This document shows, piece by piece, positions 1 through 11,715 of a stretch of DNA of 64,000 bases (its first letter is position 1; each line of letters begins with the position of its first letter). The stretch is from positions 59,832,001 to 59,896,000 of the forward strand of contig NC_045707.1 in the NCBI RefSeq assembly GCF_009834535.1, read 5' to 3'. The notes beneath the pieces are model-generated. The model saw only the letters and a list, made by a program, of their open reading frames with translations. It was not told the origin of the DNA and did no database searches. The stretch is from Camelus ferus. Its lineage: Eukaryota. The position numbers and the translations under genes are program-made.

Positions 1-925
1 TATGATTTCAAACTTAAAACTTCTGCACCTCGAAAGACACCATTAAGAAAATGAGAAGGCAAACCACAAAATGAGAAAATATTCACGGTGCATAAATCAG
101 ACACTTGTGCCCAGATTATCTAAATATTACCTACAAATAAATAATGGTGATGATGATCTAACAAGTCAGTTAAAAAAGGGCAAAGGACTTGACACTTCAG
201 AAAAGAATATATTGGAATACCAGCAAACACATGAAAACATGTGCCTCAGAGAAGCGCAAATAAAAATCACAAGATATCACTTCACATTCATTAGAAGGGC
301 TAAAGTTAAAAAGCAATAGCATTTAATGTGGGAGAGAGCAATATTACTGGTCAAAGTAGAAAGTTCCTCAACATCTGTGGAAAATCATGAGGCAGGTTCT
401 TATAAAATTATACACATAACTACCTTATGATCCATTCACTCCAGTCCTATGTATTTACCCAAAATAAATACAAACATGTCTCCGCAAATATTATTCACAA
501 ATATTCATGGTGATCTTATTCTTAAAACTGTAAACAATTCAGATATCCATCAACAGGAGAAGGATCAGACAACTGTAACATAACAGAGTCATACAATGGG
601 ACACTATTCAGCGACAATAAGGAATAAACTTCTGATGCAGGGTAAATGGACGAATCTCAAAAACTTTATGCTTAGGAGAACTCAGACATAAAAACATACC
701 TACTATATAACCCATTGTTGCAATGTTCCAGAACGAACAAAATCGTTCTATGAAGCAAGAAATCAGAGGAAGTACTGCCTTGGGAGAGAATGAGATAAAC
801 TGGAAAGATAGCAATGCTATGTATCCTGATGGGGGTTTTGGTTACATGGGTACATACATTTATCAAAACTCATTAAACTACATGTAAGATCTGTGAATCT
901 TACTGTTTGAAACTATACCACCAAG
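1..925 (+). mobile_element. Old L1 (L1M-type) fragment: end of ORF2 plus 3' UTR, truncated by window start
   Basis: AAAACTTCTGC...AAAGACACCATTAAGAAAATGAGAAGGCAAACCACA, CAAATAAAAATCACAAGATATCACTTCAC, TACCTTATGATCCA and the 3' UTR GGTTACATGGGTACATACATTTATCAAAACTCATTAAAC resemble the L1M ORF2 C-terminus and 3' UTR; frame broken. Confidence 0.85.
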
Positions 926-1029
926 AAAAGGAGAAAATACCCAACTGAACAGAACACCTTGTATCAGAAACCTACTGAGGAAAAGAAGTTAGTCACTTAA
1001 CATGTTACACTGTTATTTCTTACCTCTTC

Positions 1030-1835
1030 TTTACTGCAAATGGCACTCATGTGCAGGCAGATACCTGATGCTCGCACCGCCTCTACACTGCCTGTTTCTT
1101 CTCCATCCACTTGACTCTGACCTTCTTCCCATCAATCCACAGACACTATGGTACCTCAAGTCAGCAACTGCCTCTGGTTATTGAAGCTTATAGGTGTATA
1201 CACCACTCCTTATCCTACTGGACTTTCCAATGTCATTTGACACCATTGACCATTCTTTCCTTCTAAAAGACATCTCTTCCTTGTCTTTTCTGACCCTGTC
1301 TTTTCCTGCTTCCTCCACACCTCTCAGGCTGCTGCTTCTCTTATTTTCCCAACAGTTCCTCCACTTCCTCCACTGGTTGGCTTTCCTCAGGGTTCAATCT
1401 CTAGCTTTCTCTTCTCACACTGTACCCTTTTGCTGAGTAGTCTCCTTCACCATCCTGGAGTGAACAATCATTTAAAATGGATAACTCTTAGATTTTTTTT
1501 TAAACTGTCCTTTGGGTCTCTCTCCTGAGCCCCAGACTCATACACTTCCCTCCTACAAGTGAAACAAACTCAACAGGACCCAAAAGGAACTCAACGTCCT
1601 ATTCACCTTGTATGTGTTCTGTCTTAGAGAATGGCATCAATTTCTACCCATTCATTGGTAAGTTCTCCCAAAGACTCAACCTCTCATTCATCTCATCATA
1701 TCCATTCAACACCAATAGCTATCAAGCCTCCTCCTAATACCATCCTATCCTTCATCGTTTCCCCAGACTCTCCAGGGGTGCCCTCACACAAGCAGAGGCC
1801 TTCACCATCTCTTACTTAGACTACTGTCATGTTCA
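1030..1835 (+). mobile_element. L2 LINE fragment including decayed reverse-transcriptase coding region
   Basis: ORF 1194-1436 reads LLILLDFPMSFDTIDHSFLL, a degenerate L2/CR1 RT motif LILLDLSAAFDTVDHSLLL; CCTCAGGGTTCAATC corresponds to the PQGS motif; CT-rich L2 downstream sequence. Confidence 0.85.
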
Positions 1836-1999
1836 AATGCACCAACCATCTCAGTAATACTGCAATTTAAAAGAGCTAAATACAAAGTCCTGAAAGGGGG
1901 TTAAAAACAAAAAAAAAGAGCCAGAGCTAGGGAACTACAAATTCAAATGAGTTAACATTGAATAGTAACTGCTCAGAAGTCTAATATAGACACAATCAT

Positions 2000-2440
2000 A
2001 TTTAATATGCCTTTGTTCACAAGTAAAAGAATGCAAATCCAAACCATTTTTTTTAATAAGTTTTGGAATTACTTAAAAGATAATGAGATACTTAAGGAAT
2101 CTCAAAGGAAGCAGGACCTCAAGAAATTCTAGAAACAGAAGCCAGAAAGCCTTCAGGAATCTGGGCACACTCTCCTCATCTCCTCTCCCCTTCCTCTCTG
2201 TCCTTCTGTTTACTTCTGATCTCTCTGGGACTAGCTTTCCCTACTTCCTAGGGTACCATCTGGCCTAAGATGGCTGGGGTACTGCTCCTGCATTTTCACA
2301 AATCTCTTAATTCTAACCATATAAAGAGACTGACTAGAATCAAATTATTTAAAAAATCCTAAGAGGGGGAGCCACAAAAACAGACCCACCCACATCAATG
2401 AAAGGGTTGTAAGAAAACAGAAGCTGTGCCAACCAATGAA
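2000..2440 (-). mobile_element. Highly diverged MaLR (old MLT1-type) LTR remnant
   Basis: TTTGTTCACAAGTAAAAGAATGCAAATCCAAACC start and CCTAAGATGGCTG internal motif resemble old MLT1 subfamilies. Confidence 0.4.
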
Positions 2441-3294
2441 ACAAGTGAATACCAGCTAGCACTCGAAAGAAGGGAGGGATTCCTATGTCCCCAAAGAGAA
2501 AACAGTAAAGGCATGATACTCATAGTCATGACCTTGAGTTATTAAAGAAAGAAACACAATGCTTACTTAGTACATTCTATTTTCTGAATCAGATGCCTGC
2601 AATACTAAAGATTTCCATAGAAACAATGATTTCTATGAAGACACGTTAAAGCACACATGGTAAGTTTGTGTTTAAACTTCAGTTATGAGGAAAGTTCATT
2701 TATCCATTCCTCTGGTATGCTGAATGGCTTGAGGCATTTTGATTCCAATCCTTTCCCAAATAAGGCTAATTATACATTTTTAGAATACATTACTGTATGA
2801 CATCTATCGGCTTCCTTCTAATCTCCCACTTCCATGTGTCTACCAGCTCCATCCTTTTCTATTTATTGGAGTTTGTATGTGCTTAATTTATTTATAAATC
2901 TATCTCAAATGTCAGTTCCTTAAAACAGAAGCTAAATTGTCAGATTCTTAGCAGTAAATCGATGCCAATAAGGCATAATATCAGAGCCTGCTACTTCCCC
3001 CTTTAGAAAATCATACTATTTAGCAATCTTAAAGTTAGAAGAAACAAAATATCCCACATTTAATTTAAATTTGTGAGAAGCAACAAACAACAACTATCTA
3101 TCTACTTACTGTAAGAAAACTAACCAGTGACTAGAAAATAAGTGTTGGCAGTGTTAGGGTAATACCTTAAAATTTTAAAACATTATTTTGTATCATTTTT
3201 ATTGTAGAACAGTGAAATGTACTTGCTACGTTAGGCAGGTTGTTCAGCCCTAAGAAACAGTTTGGCTCCAAAACACATCCATTTATGTACTAGT

Positions 3295-3495
3295 AACAGT
3301 AGCAGCAACTGCCAAACTTCCTGGCACGCTTGCTGATTGCTGAGTGATGCACTAATTACTCCATTCACACATCTCATTTATCTCATCAGCAATCCTATGT
3401 AGGCACTGAAATATTCCCATTTTACAGATGAGGCAGTGAGGTTTAGAGTAATTAAGGGACTTGAGAGAGAGCTAATGAGTGGAATCAGGATTAGG
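3295..3495 (-). mobile_element. MIR SINE
   Basis: CCCATTTTACAGATGAGGCAGTGAGGTTTAGAG is the reverse complement of the MIR core. Confidence 0.85.
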
Positions 3496-3508
3496 AGGCA
3501 AATCCCCC

Positions 3509-3657
3509 AGCCCCTATCTGGCTACGCAATTTCCTGAGCCCAGCCCAAAATGAAAACATGGGACCCTTGTTAAAAAATTATTAAAAATTTTAAGATGGCC
3601 ACAGTAGAGCATTAAACCAAGTGTGGGCTCTTCTAAGCATCCCAAGAGTCAGTCCTG
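3509..3657 (-). mobile_element. MER45A-like hAT (Tip100) non-autonomous DNA transposon
   Basis: CAAAATGAAAACATGGGACCCTTGTTAAAAAATTATTAAAAATTTTAAGATGGCCACAGTAGAGCATTAAACCAAG matches the reverse complement of the recalled MER45A consensus. Confidence 0.8.
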
Positions 3658-3789
3658 CCTCTGCTCCATCAGATCACAAAAAGTGTGAAATTCTATTTTT
3701 TTTAAAAACCAATTTAAATTATATTCTTTAAAGAATAAGCCTTTGTAACAGCTAATTAGCCGTTTATAAACTAAGACTCAGAATTCGTC

Positions 3790-3840
3790 TTACAGGCTGT
3801 GCCTAGATACACTCAATAAAGATTTGTTGAATAAATAAAC
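3790..3840 (+). mobile_element. L2 3' tail
   Basis: GTGCCTAG...CTCAATAAAGATTTGTTGAATAAATAAA, typical L2 terminus. Confidence 0.65.
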
Positions 3841-5039
3841 TGACTTCTTGGCCTCAAACTGAACCCCTCTCTTCAATAACTCGCGCTAAAAATGCCTCTG
3901 GTTAAACACGGGGATGGGTTAAGAAAAGATAAATGGCTCATTAGGAATCCATCCGCACCACTGGGAGAAACATTTCATGTTCCATTTGTGCTGGTTTGGG
4001 AGTTTTTATGACTGTAAAGAAGCTATTTTAAAATCTAATTATCATTTCTATCCAGAGTTGACATTTAAATTCTGGGGCTTTAAGTGAAGTTTAAAGAATG
4101 CACTCCTTACTTCCCCACCCCCAATACACACCACCCTCATCCCACCCTCAAGCCCCTAACTTTCCCTAATAAACAGTTTACCAGCAGAAGGGAAAATAAT
4201 CCTTTCTCCTGCCTCGTGTGTATCGTGAAGGACAACGTGATCGATATGTATACTCAAAAGACATTAAAGGGTCAGGTTTGCAAGCCCACCAGAGGAGGTC
4301 TGACAAAAGGAAAGAAAGACCATTCCTTTCTAATCCTGGGGGATTATGGGAAGAAAAAAAAAAAAAAAACAACGCAAGACATGCTTGTTGGCTCTGTAGG
4401 GGGAACACCGAAGACAGCGCATCCTCTGCCTGAAAGAGGTCATGGGCGAATGCCACCTTGTAGACTCCCCTTTATTGAGTAAGGGAGCCAAGATAACAAG
4501 GTGGCAGAGTCCTGTCAGGCAGAGGATAACCTTAAAGCTAGCAGTCGGAAGTTGCTTCCCACGTCAAGTTGATGATGTGTTAGAACCAGTGGGTTTACCA
4601 CTGAACCGTCTTGGTGAGTGAGGAGCTGCGGAAACTCCTAGGCTAGGAGCTAAATGGAGGACAAAAGAGAGTCTAGAGGTCTACATGACTAGCCACTCAG
4701 ATTGTTGAGGACCAAAGTACAGAACAGCAGAGTATTCTTCAACCAGGGAGATCCAAGGACAGAAACCTGGAGGCTTTGGGAGTGAAAATCAGCTAGTATA
4801 CAGATACACACAAGGACCAGTGTGAGAGGGGCCTCTCCACCCCTCCTGTGATCTCAGGTCTTAATAGGCACAACCTTTCCAGAACGCTCACCCTCAGACA
4901 GCTGGATGCCATCGTAGAAAGGGAAGCAGGTTAAGAGGGAGGTGCTTTGAGGAGCACCTTTTTATCTAAATGAGAGGCTGAGGTTTAACAACAGACACTG
5001 TTTAAATGTGCAAATGGGACACATTTTAATGGTACCGAT

Positions 5040-5552
5040 ATGACGGTCAGTTTTATGTGTCAACTTGGCTAGGCTAGAGTTCCCAATTATTCAAACACTA
5101 ACCTAGGTGTTGCTGTGAAGGTATTTTTGGATATGATTAAAATCCATAATCAACAAACTTTAAGTCAGGGGGACTTTCCTAGATATTCTGGGTGGGCCTT
5201 TCAGTTGATAGGTCTTGAAAGCAGAGAAGAAGGAAATTCAGCCCTTGGACAGCAGCTTCAGCTCCTCCCAAGAGTTCCAGCCTGCTCTGTGGATGTGTCT
5301 ATGGACTCGCCTAGCTTGTCCCCACAACTGTGTTAGCCAGTTACACTAACAATAAATTTTTTTCCCTTGGATGGCAGGAGATAATTAGGTCTATTTATTT
5401 ATTTATTTATTTTTAGAAGAGGGACTGGGAATTGAACTCAGGACCTCATGCATGCTAAGCATGTGCTCTACCACTGAGCTATACCCTCCCCGCCTCTCTT
5501 AATACATATCTCCTATTATTTCTGTTACTCTGGCTGAATTCGGACTGATCAC
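5040..5552 (+). mobile_element. MLT2 (ERVL) solo LTR, interrupted by a camelid SINE
   Basis: TTTTATGTGTCAACTTGGCTAGGCTA and CTAGGTGTTGCTGTGAAGGTATTTTT are MLT2 hallmarks; resumes after the SINE with CCTATTATTTCTGTTACTCTGG...GACTGATCACA. Confidence 0.85.
5357..5491 (-). mobile_element. Camelid tRNA-Ala-derived SINE (Vic-1 type)
   Basis: Minus strand GGGGAGGGTATAGCTCAGTGGTAGAGCACATGCTTAGCATGCATGAGGTCCTGAGTTCAATTCCC with pol III A and B boxes, then (AAAT)n and CCTAATTATCTCC tail. Confidence 0.9.
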
Positions 5553-5659
5553 AATCAAATAACAACAAAGAAAGCCAAAATAATGCTGAAATATGTAAAT
5601 ATTACATTTTTTCTTCACATCTGGCTTGTAGCAGGAGTAATTTAATATGCGTAAATAAG

Positions 5660-5992
5660 ACTTGCATACCTCTTTGCCTGAAATGCATTTATCCTATTCT
5701 CTGCCCGTCTGGTCCCAATCTAAAGATCTATTTCTCTCAGGAATGCTTTCTTTGACTGCCCATCAAATTCGGGTCCTGCTGTTAAATATGCTCATGACAC
5801 CTGTTCTTCTCATGAAGCACTTTATTAAAATTGAAATGAATGTTTAATTACTTGATATTCATTTGTCTTCCCCTCTAAAGTTTAAACTCTATGAAGACAG
5901 AGGCCGGGTTTGACTTGTTCACCAATATATCCTCACTAACAAGCACACTGCCAGGGACATATAGTGGATGCTCAGTATTAGCTGAATGAATG
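5660..5992 (+). mobile_element. L2 3' end
   Basis: AAACTCTATGAAGACAGAGGCC...CTTGTTCACC...ATAGTGGATGCTCAGTATTAGCTGAATGAATG. Confidence 0.8.
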
Positions 5993-6193
5993 CATGGGTA
6001 TCAATGGATGCAGAATTTTAAAAACACCCTGCATTCCAAATTTGAGTATACTGTGAGAATATCTGCATTTGGTAGTTTACCCTTAGCTATATCTTTCAAA
6101 GAACACTTGTGTAGGATTCAGAATGTGGAATTTAGGGGTAAGAAATGTCGGTGTTATGAGCTATGCCTGTGCAAGTGGCCCACTGAACATCAC

Positions 6194-6538
6194 TGTGTTA
6201 CTCAGTCTGGGCTGCAATAACAAAATACCACTGACTGGGTGGTTTATAAACAACAGAAATGTATTTCTCATAGTTCTCGCAAGCTGAAGTCTGAGCTCAG
6301 TGCACCCGATGGCCAGGCAAGGACTCTCTTTCAGGTTGCAGACTTCTCCTTGTATCCTCACTTGATGGAAGGGGCAAACTATTTTTCCAGGGTCTTCTTT
6401 TACAAGATTACTAATCCCATTCATGAGGACTTGACCCTCATGACCTAATCACCTCCCAAAGGCCCCATGCTCAATACTATCACCTTAGGGGTCAAGTTTC
6501 AACATATGAATTTGGGGGGATATATTCAGGCCATAACA
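6194..6538 (-). mobile_element. MLT1A-type MaLR solo LTR, full length
   Basis: TG...CA termini; AACAAAATACCACTGACTGGGTGGTTTATAAACAACAGAAAT and CCCTCATGACCTAATCACCTCCCAAAGGCCCC; 5-bp TSD ATCAC (6189-6193) / ATCAT (6539-6543). Confidence 0.9.
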
Positions 6539-8619
6539 ATCATGAACTCATTTTTAGTTAACGTGACCCAAATCACAAGAGCTAAAAATGGCTCAAAGCC
6601 AGTGCTGCATGAGGAAGAGCTCATAAATTGGTTTGCCAATTTTACATTTATGCAGAAACAGAGAATTTATGGTTCTTTGAGACAACTAAATGACACCACA
6701 TTTTATGAAATTCTTAATAGTATTTTAAGGTCTCTTTGGAAATAATGATTCATCTCATGACTTGGGATATTAATTTGGAAGTTAGAATTAAGTAATGAGA
6801 ATATAGGGAGTTGTAAGTATTTTTAATAAAAACCTGTATTCACACTCTAAAGGCAAACCAAAATCCTGTTCTTTTGATACAACCTAAACATTAGGCACTG
6901 ATCATAATATATTATTAGGCAAAATATGTATGGAAAAGAACCTCCTTATAAATCTCTGTATTCCACAGCTTAAGAAATGAAATCTTTCCTGTTGAAAATT
7001 CTTCCTGTGAGAAAAGGATCTTCAACTACCTCCTCAGTAATTTCCCTTTTAAGTAGATAAACCTTAGGAAAGCCTGAAATCACGCACCATACAAAAATGC
7101 AGGGATGTTTACTTTCAAATAAATTTGATGACACATGAATCAGGTTACTTGGATGGGTGTTCAACAAATTAGTGCACCTTTCATATTCACTAAGATACCT
7201 TCACTGGCTCACGGACGATTTCGTGCTTGAAAGCAGACATAGGAACTTAAAAACATAAGTTATGCTTTGGGTCTAATATTAAAGGAAAACCTTCTGAAGA
7301 GTTACGGCTAGTATGTACTAATTACACCCCTTTCAATGAACCATAAGAAATTACTACTATAGCAATTAAGCTCTGTTTAATCATTCATACAGCACACTAT
7401 GAAGGATTTACAATGCAATTTGATTATAAAAAACTAAATTTTAAATTCAAATATGTATAAACGTTGAACCAAAATTCACTGTCAATGGAGTTTAATAAAA
7501 ATGAAAGAAATACCATTCAACAAAAAATGTATTTAAAAATTGACATCCTCATAACTTAAAATATCTGATTTAATGATTAGATGAGAAAATTGAAAAAAAG
7601 TGAATTTATATGTCAAACTATACTGGATTACTACCAAATATGAGCAAACACAAATAGTAACTACTAATTTCTAGAAAAAAATCACTGATGTTCAAATATA
7701 TAGCAATTTTTCCAAAAGTAAAAGAATAGAAGAATAAAGGGCAAGCCCATTTTATTTGGAAGCCTTTAGCTTTTGTCTTTTTTTCTTATTACCATTCAAG
7801 ATAGTCGGAAAATTTTTAAACCCATTTCCACAAATAACCAAAACTAGTAGCTCCTTTCACATAAAATTCCTTGCATTCCCCCTTCATACTCTCCATGATT
7901 GGGAATTTATTTTTAGGATTTGGACATGGCACTGATAAATCTAAACAAAAAACAACAACAACCCATTTTGCACTCTGAAAATTAATTTTAAGTTATTATT
8001 TTTCAGTAATTCAGTACCCAATATTCATAAACCTCATTTTAGTTCATATAATTTGTGCTTAATAAACTCTTCATTTAGAGGATACTTTTATTTAAAATAT
8101 TTGGCTTCGTTAAATATGAAACACCCAGAAAACAAATCTACTTCCAAAAGAAACCCACTATTACCCATCATGATAAATAACATATGGAAAACGTTCAATA
8201 GAAGTATAAAAAATCAAATCAAACTTACAAGAATTTCTTTCAGACCAAGTTTATCATCCTATCTGATATATCAAAGTAAAATTCTAAATCAAATAAAAAT
8301 ACTTAATCCAGGTAGAATAAACTTCAAAGAAGCACAATACATATCTTTAAATAAGAGGATTTAATTCATAATTCAATTTAATACCTTTAGTAGAACATTT
8401 AGACATAATTAGCACAAGCCAACTGCCCTACAATCTTTGAATTCATTCTCAGAACACATTAAATTAAAAGTATCATTTTCTTATGGAGTATTTTTTTTCC
8501 CTTCTAGACAATATTCAGGAGTTTGGTTTCTTCTTTAACACACATCAGATTAAATTAAATGAAAGGACACAGTAGTTTAAGTAATCTAACATTTTTTTTC
8601 AGTCTGGTCATTGTAAGTC

Positions 8620-8680
8620 CACTCATTTGCTCATTCATTCTACAAGCATTTGTTCCTTGTCTGCTATGTACAAGGCATTT
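8620..8680 (-). mobile_element. L2 3' tail
   Basis: CATTCATTCTACAAGCATTTG...CTGCTATGTACAAGGCA. Confidence 0.55.
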
Positions 8681-8969
8681 GGTTTAACAGGAATAGTTAC
8701 TGATATCAGAAACCAAGGACCACTGTTCTTCTAGCACTTTGAAATTGTTTATGAACAGTTTGAAAGACTCAACAGAGAAGGCTCTGATTAGTAATTAATT
8801 GGAACCACTGGGGTCTGAGTATATACATGACTATACCTGAAAGAGTTTAATATGGAATTTTGTAAAAAAAAAAAAAAAAACAAAAAACAAAATCAGAGAT
8901 TAGGGGAAAAAATTGTACAAGTAAGTTACGATTAATGCACAATAAACTAATTAAAATCATAATTGCACA

Positions 8970-9070
8970 GGCTCCTCAAATTTTCTCATCTGTCAAGTAA
9001 GGATAGTTAATGGTATGCACTAGGTAACTATTGAATAAATCAATTAAAATGAAACGTGTAAAGATTTTGA
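8970..9070 (+). mobile_element. MIR fragment
   Basis: CCTCAAATTTTCTCATCTGTCAAGT core similarity. Confidence 0.55.
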
Positions 9071-9244
9071 GATGTCATATGATGTATATAGAAATAGAAA
9101 AGGATTTCTAATTTGAGAAACTTTCCAAGTAATATTTCTTTGTTAATTCCAGGCAAACTATTTTAGCTTGTAGTGGACTGGTTACAATTAAAGGCTGAAA
9201 AGTCAAACTAGCAGGCATTCCCATCTGTCCTCTAAGTAACTGAA

Positions 9245-9780
9245 TCATTACTGATTGAGTAATCCTGGGAAAATTACTTCAACTCTCTTAGCCTCAGTTA
9301 CTTCAACTGTAAAATAGGAATAATCACATATATCTGTTATAAATTTAATGTTTGTGTCCCTCCACCCCAACCCCCTGCCTATGTTGAAATCTAACCCCCA
9401 ATGGGATGGTATTAGGAGGTAAAACTTTTGAAAGGTGGTTAGGTCATGAGGGTGGAGCCCTCATGAAAGATTAGTGCCCTAATCAAAGAGAGCTCAGGGG
9501 GCTCTCCTGTACTTTCTTCCGAGTCAGGACACAGCAAGATGATTGCTAATGAACCAGGAAGGCTGTCTTCACCAAATACAGAATCTGCCAGCACCTTGAT
9601 CTTGGACTGCCCAGCCTCCAGAACTTTGAGAAATAAATTGTCATTGTTTAAGCCACCTAGTCTATGATGTTTTTGTTACAGCAGCCTGAACAACGACACC
9701 TTACAGGGTTTTTATGAGGATGAATGGAATGATGTCAATAATGTGCCAAATATAAAAAGCCTGGCATGCAGCAAGTGTAA
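9245..9780 (+). mobile_element. MIR split by an MLT1A insertion
   Basis: CCTCAGTTACTTCAACTGTAAAATAGGAATAAT before 9335 continues as CCTTACAGGGTTTTTATGAGGATGAATG after 9698. Confidence 0.75.
9335..9698 (+). mobile_element. MLT1A-type MaLR solo LTR
   Basis: TGTTATAAATTTAATGTTTGTGTCCC start; CAGCACCTTGATCTTGGACTGCCCAGCCTCCAGAACTTTGAGAAATAAATT; ends GCAGCCTGAACAACGACA. Confidence 0.9.
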
Positions 9781-10164
9781 TAGTCAATATTTATTTTTAT
9801 AACTGAAATTCAGAATAAAAAATATTTTAAAGATACATGAGATCTACACAGTTTTTATCTTCCCAAGATACTAGGATATTTGACTAATAATGGAGACTTC
9901 CTCAAAACTTCCCGACAGGAAAGAATATAGTCATGATAAGAAATAACATGATTAAGAGAGACTGCCCTTTTATTTTTTCTCAGAGTAACTGTAAAAATTG
10001 TTTTTAATTCTTACAGAGAAACTATAATATGAAATAATGCCACAAGGCCTAGAATGATTTGGTCCCTAGAACTAAAAATGTAGAAAAGGCAATAACATTT
10101 CTGTGATATTATACAAGAAATTGTGGATTGCTGGTAAGTGTCTTTGATTTACACAGAAATATCA

Positions 10165-10378
10165 GAGCCGGGTTTCCTAAAGTAGTAAGAACTATACTAC
10201 GGATATGTCCTTGATTTATCTTAAACAGGTCAAATGACCTAAAGGAATCATAAACAAAATTCTATTTGCCTAAGTGCCTACATGCTTTTTTCAGACTAAA
10301 ATGTCCAGAGTTTCACAGATTCCTTTATAGATTCTCAAAAGGGTCCATAAACCAACCACAAAAGGTCAAGTACCCCTG
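10165..10378. mobile_element. hAT-Charlie family MITE remnant
   Basis: End AGATTCTCAAAAGGGTCCAT...AAAAGGTCAAGTACCCCTG resembles Charlie-type terminal inverted repeat. Confidence 0.45.
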
Positions 10379-11304
10379 TTCCAAAAGTGACGACATAAAT
10401 CACAACTCTTATGCACTGTAGAGCACAGCAAACCTGTTTACAGTAACTGTCACTCAATATTTATTTTTAGTGTACAAAGATAACATGTTATCAGAGAAGA
10501 ATCTACACAGATTAATAAGATTCTAGTGTGCTTTTGGTTTTCTTCTTTTTTTAAACCTAAATAAACATAAATAAATGGAGAGGCAGTTCAGATATGACCT
10601 CTTAACCGATAAAGAAGTTGGAATAAAGATTTATTGAGTAATAAGTACTTTACTTTCGAAGTTCAACAAAATTTATGGCTTAGGAATTATAATAGTACTG
10701 CAAGTGAGAACATTATCATCTATGAATTTAGCAGTGCTATTAAAATATTTTCATTAGATCATATTTGTCATTAATAATGAGACTGTCAAATTACCTATTA
10801 CTTTTAATATAATTACAAGTGTACATTAAAAGTGTCAAAAAGAAAAAGTATTTTAAAATATTCTCAAGCATTGGGAGGAAGCACAGGATAAAGATCTATT
10901 GAATATTTAGCTAACCCTTCCAGGAAAAAAAAACCGAGTGTGTTAAATAGAAATTAATTCTTCATTGAATATCAAAATTATTTAGTGAAGGACAGAAAAT
11001 CATTCTGATATATGTTAAGGAGGATGACCATGAGTATTTAAAAGATCGTGCAGTTCTCATATTGCTAAAATAATTTGGATCCAAAATCTAAATATTCACC
11101 ACGTTATTAGCTATTGAATTTACGTACTTTACCACTGGTACACGCCAAAACCTGAATCATTTTGCAGTTTGTCAATTTGGTTGATTTTGTTTCCCATGAT
11201 GCTCATCAAACTTTGTACCAAGCTGAAAGGTTAATACCAAAAAATGGTTTATATAATATCAGCTTTGACAAGTATCGCACCAAGGCATTTTAACCAAATT
11301 TAAT

Positions 11305-11374
11305 AATGATAGCTAAAACATACTGATCACTTATTACATACCAGTCACTGTTATTCAAAACAATATGTATCTAC

Positions 11375-11409
<35 letters not shown>

Positions 11410-11715
11410 CACGTAGGGCACAAATATTTGTGTCTATGTTTATGCATGCATATATAGATAGATAGATAACAGATATAGCACCTTCAACACACACACACAC
11501 ACATACCTCCACACACATATTCATAGGGTTAAAGGGATAAATTCATATCTATTTTCATAACACCCAAGAAGGTAGATACTACTGTTGTCTCCATATTGCA
11601 GATTGGAAACACGGCTTCAGAGAACATAAATCAATTGCCCATGATTGCACAGCTAGTAAGTGACTGAGCCAGAAATGTGAACCTAGTTAATATAGTCGAG
11701 TCCTGGCTCTTACCC
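11305..11715 (-). mobile_element. MIR with internal (TA)n/(CA)n/(GATA)n microsatellites
   Basis: CTCCATATTGCAGATTGGAAAC...CACAGCTAGTAAGTGACTGAGCCAG; simple repeats at ~11376-11520. Confidence 0.8.

Larger units (their letters stand above)
4219..5655 (+). mobile_element. Possible ancient Gypsy-type (MamGypLTR/LTR85-like) LTR, interrupted by MLT2
   Basis: Starts TGTATCG...AAAAGACATTAAAGGGTCAGGTTTGCAAGCCCACCAGAGG; purine-rich body; ends ...CACATCTGGCTTGTAG...; recalled resemblance only. Confidence 0.3.

Noticed and set aside
4084..4482. 132-aa ORF and overlapping ORFs
   Set aside because: Non-ATG start, poly-Lys from an A run, no recognisable domain, no splice context.
5415..5491. tRNA-Ala(AGC)-like sequence (also at 40742 and ~62582-62656)
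   Set aside because: Extra 5' GGGGAGG leader, imperfect acceptor stem, attached (AAAT)n/CCTAATTA tail and TSD show these are SINE heads, not tRNA genes.
6970..7167. Minus ORF ending ...KREITEEVVEDPFLTGRIFNRKDFIS
   Set aside because: Protein-like by eye with a possible TTTCAG acceptor, but no recognisable homology; within chance expectation.
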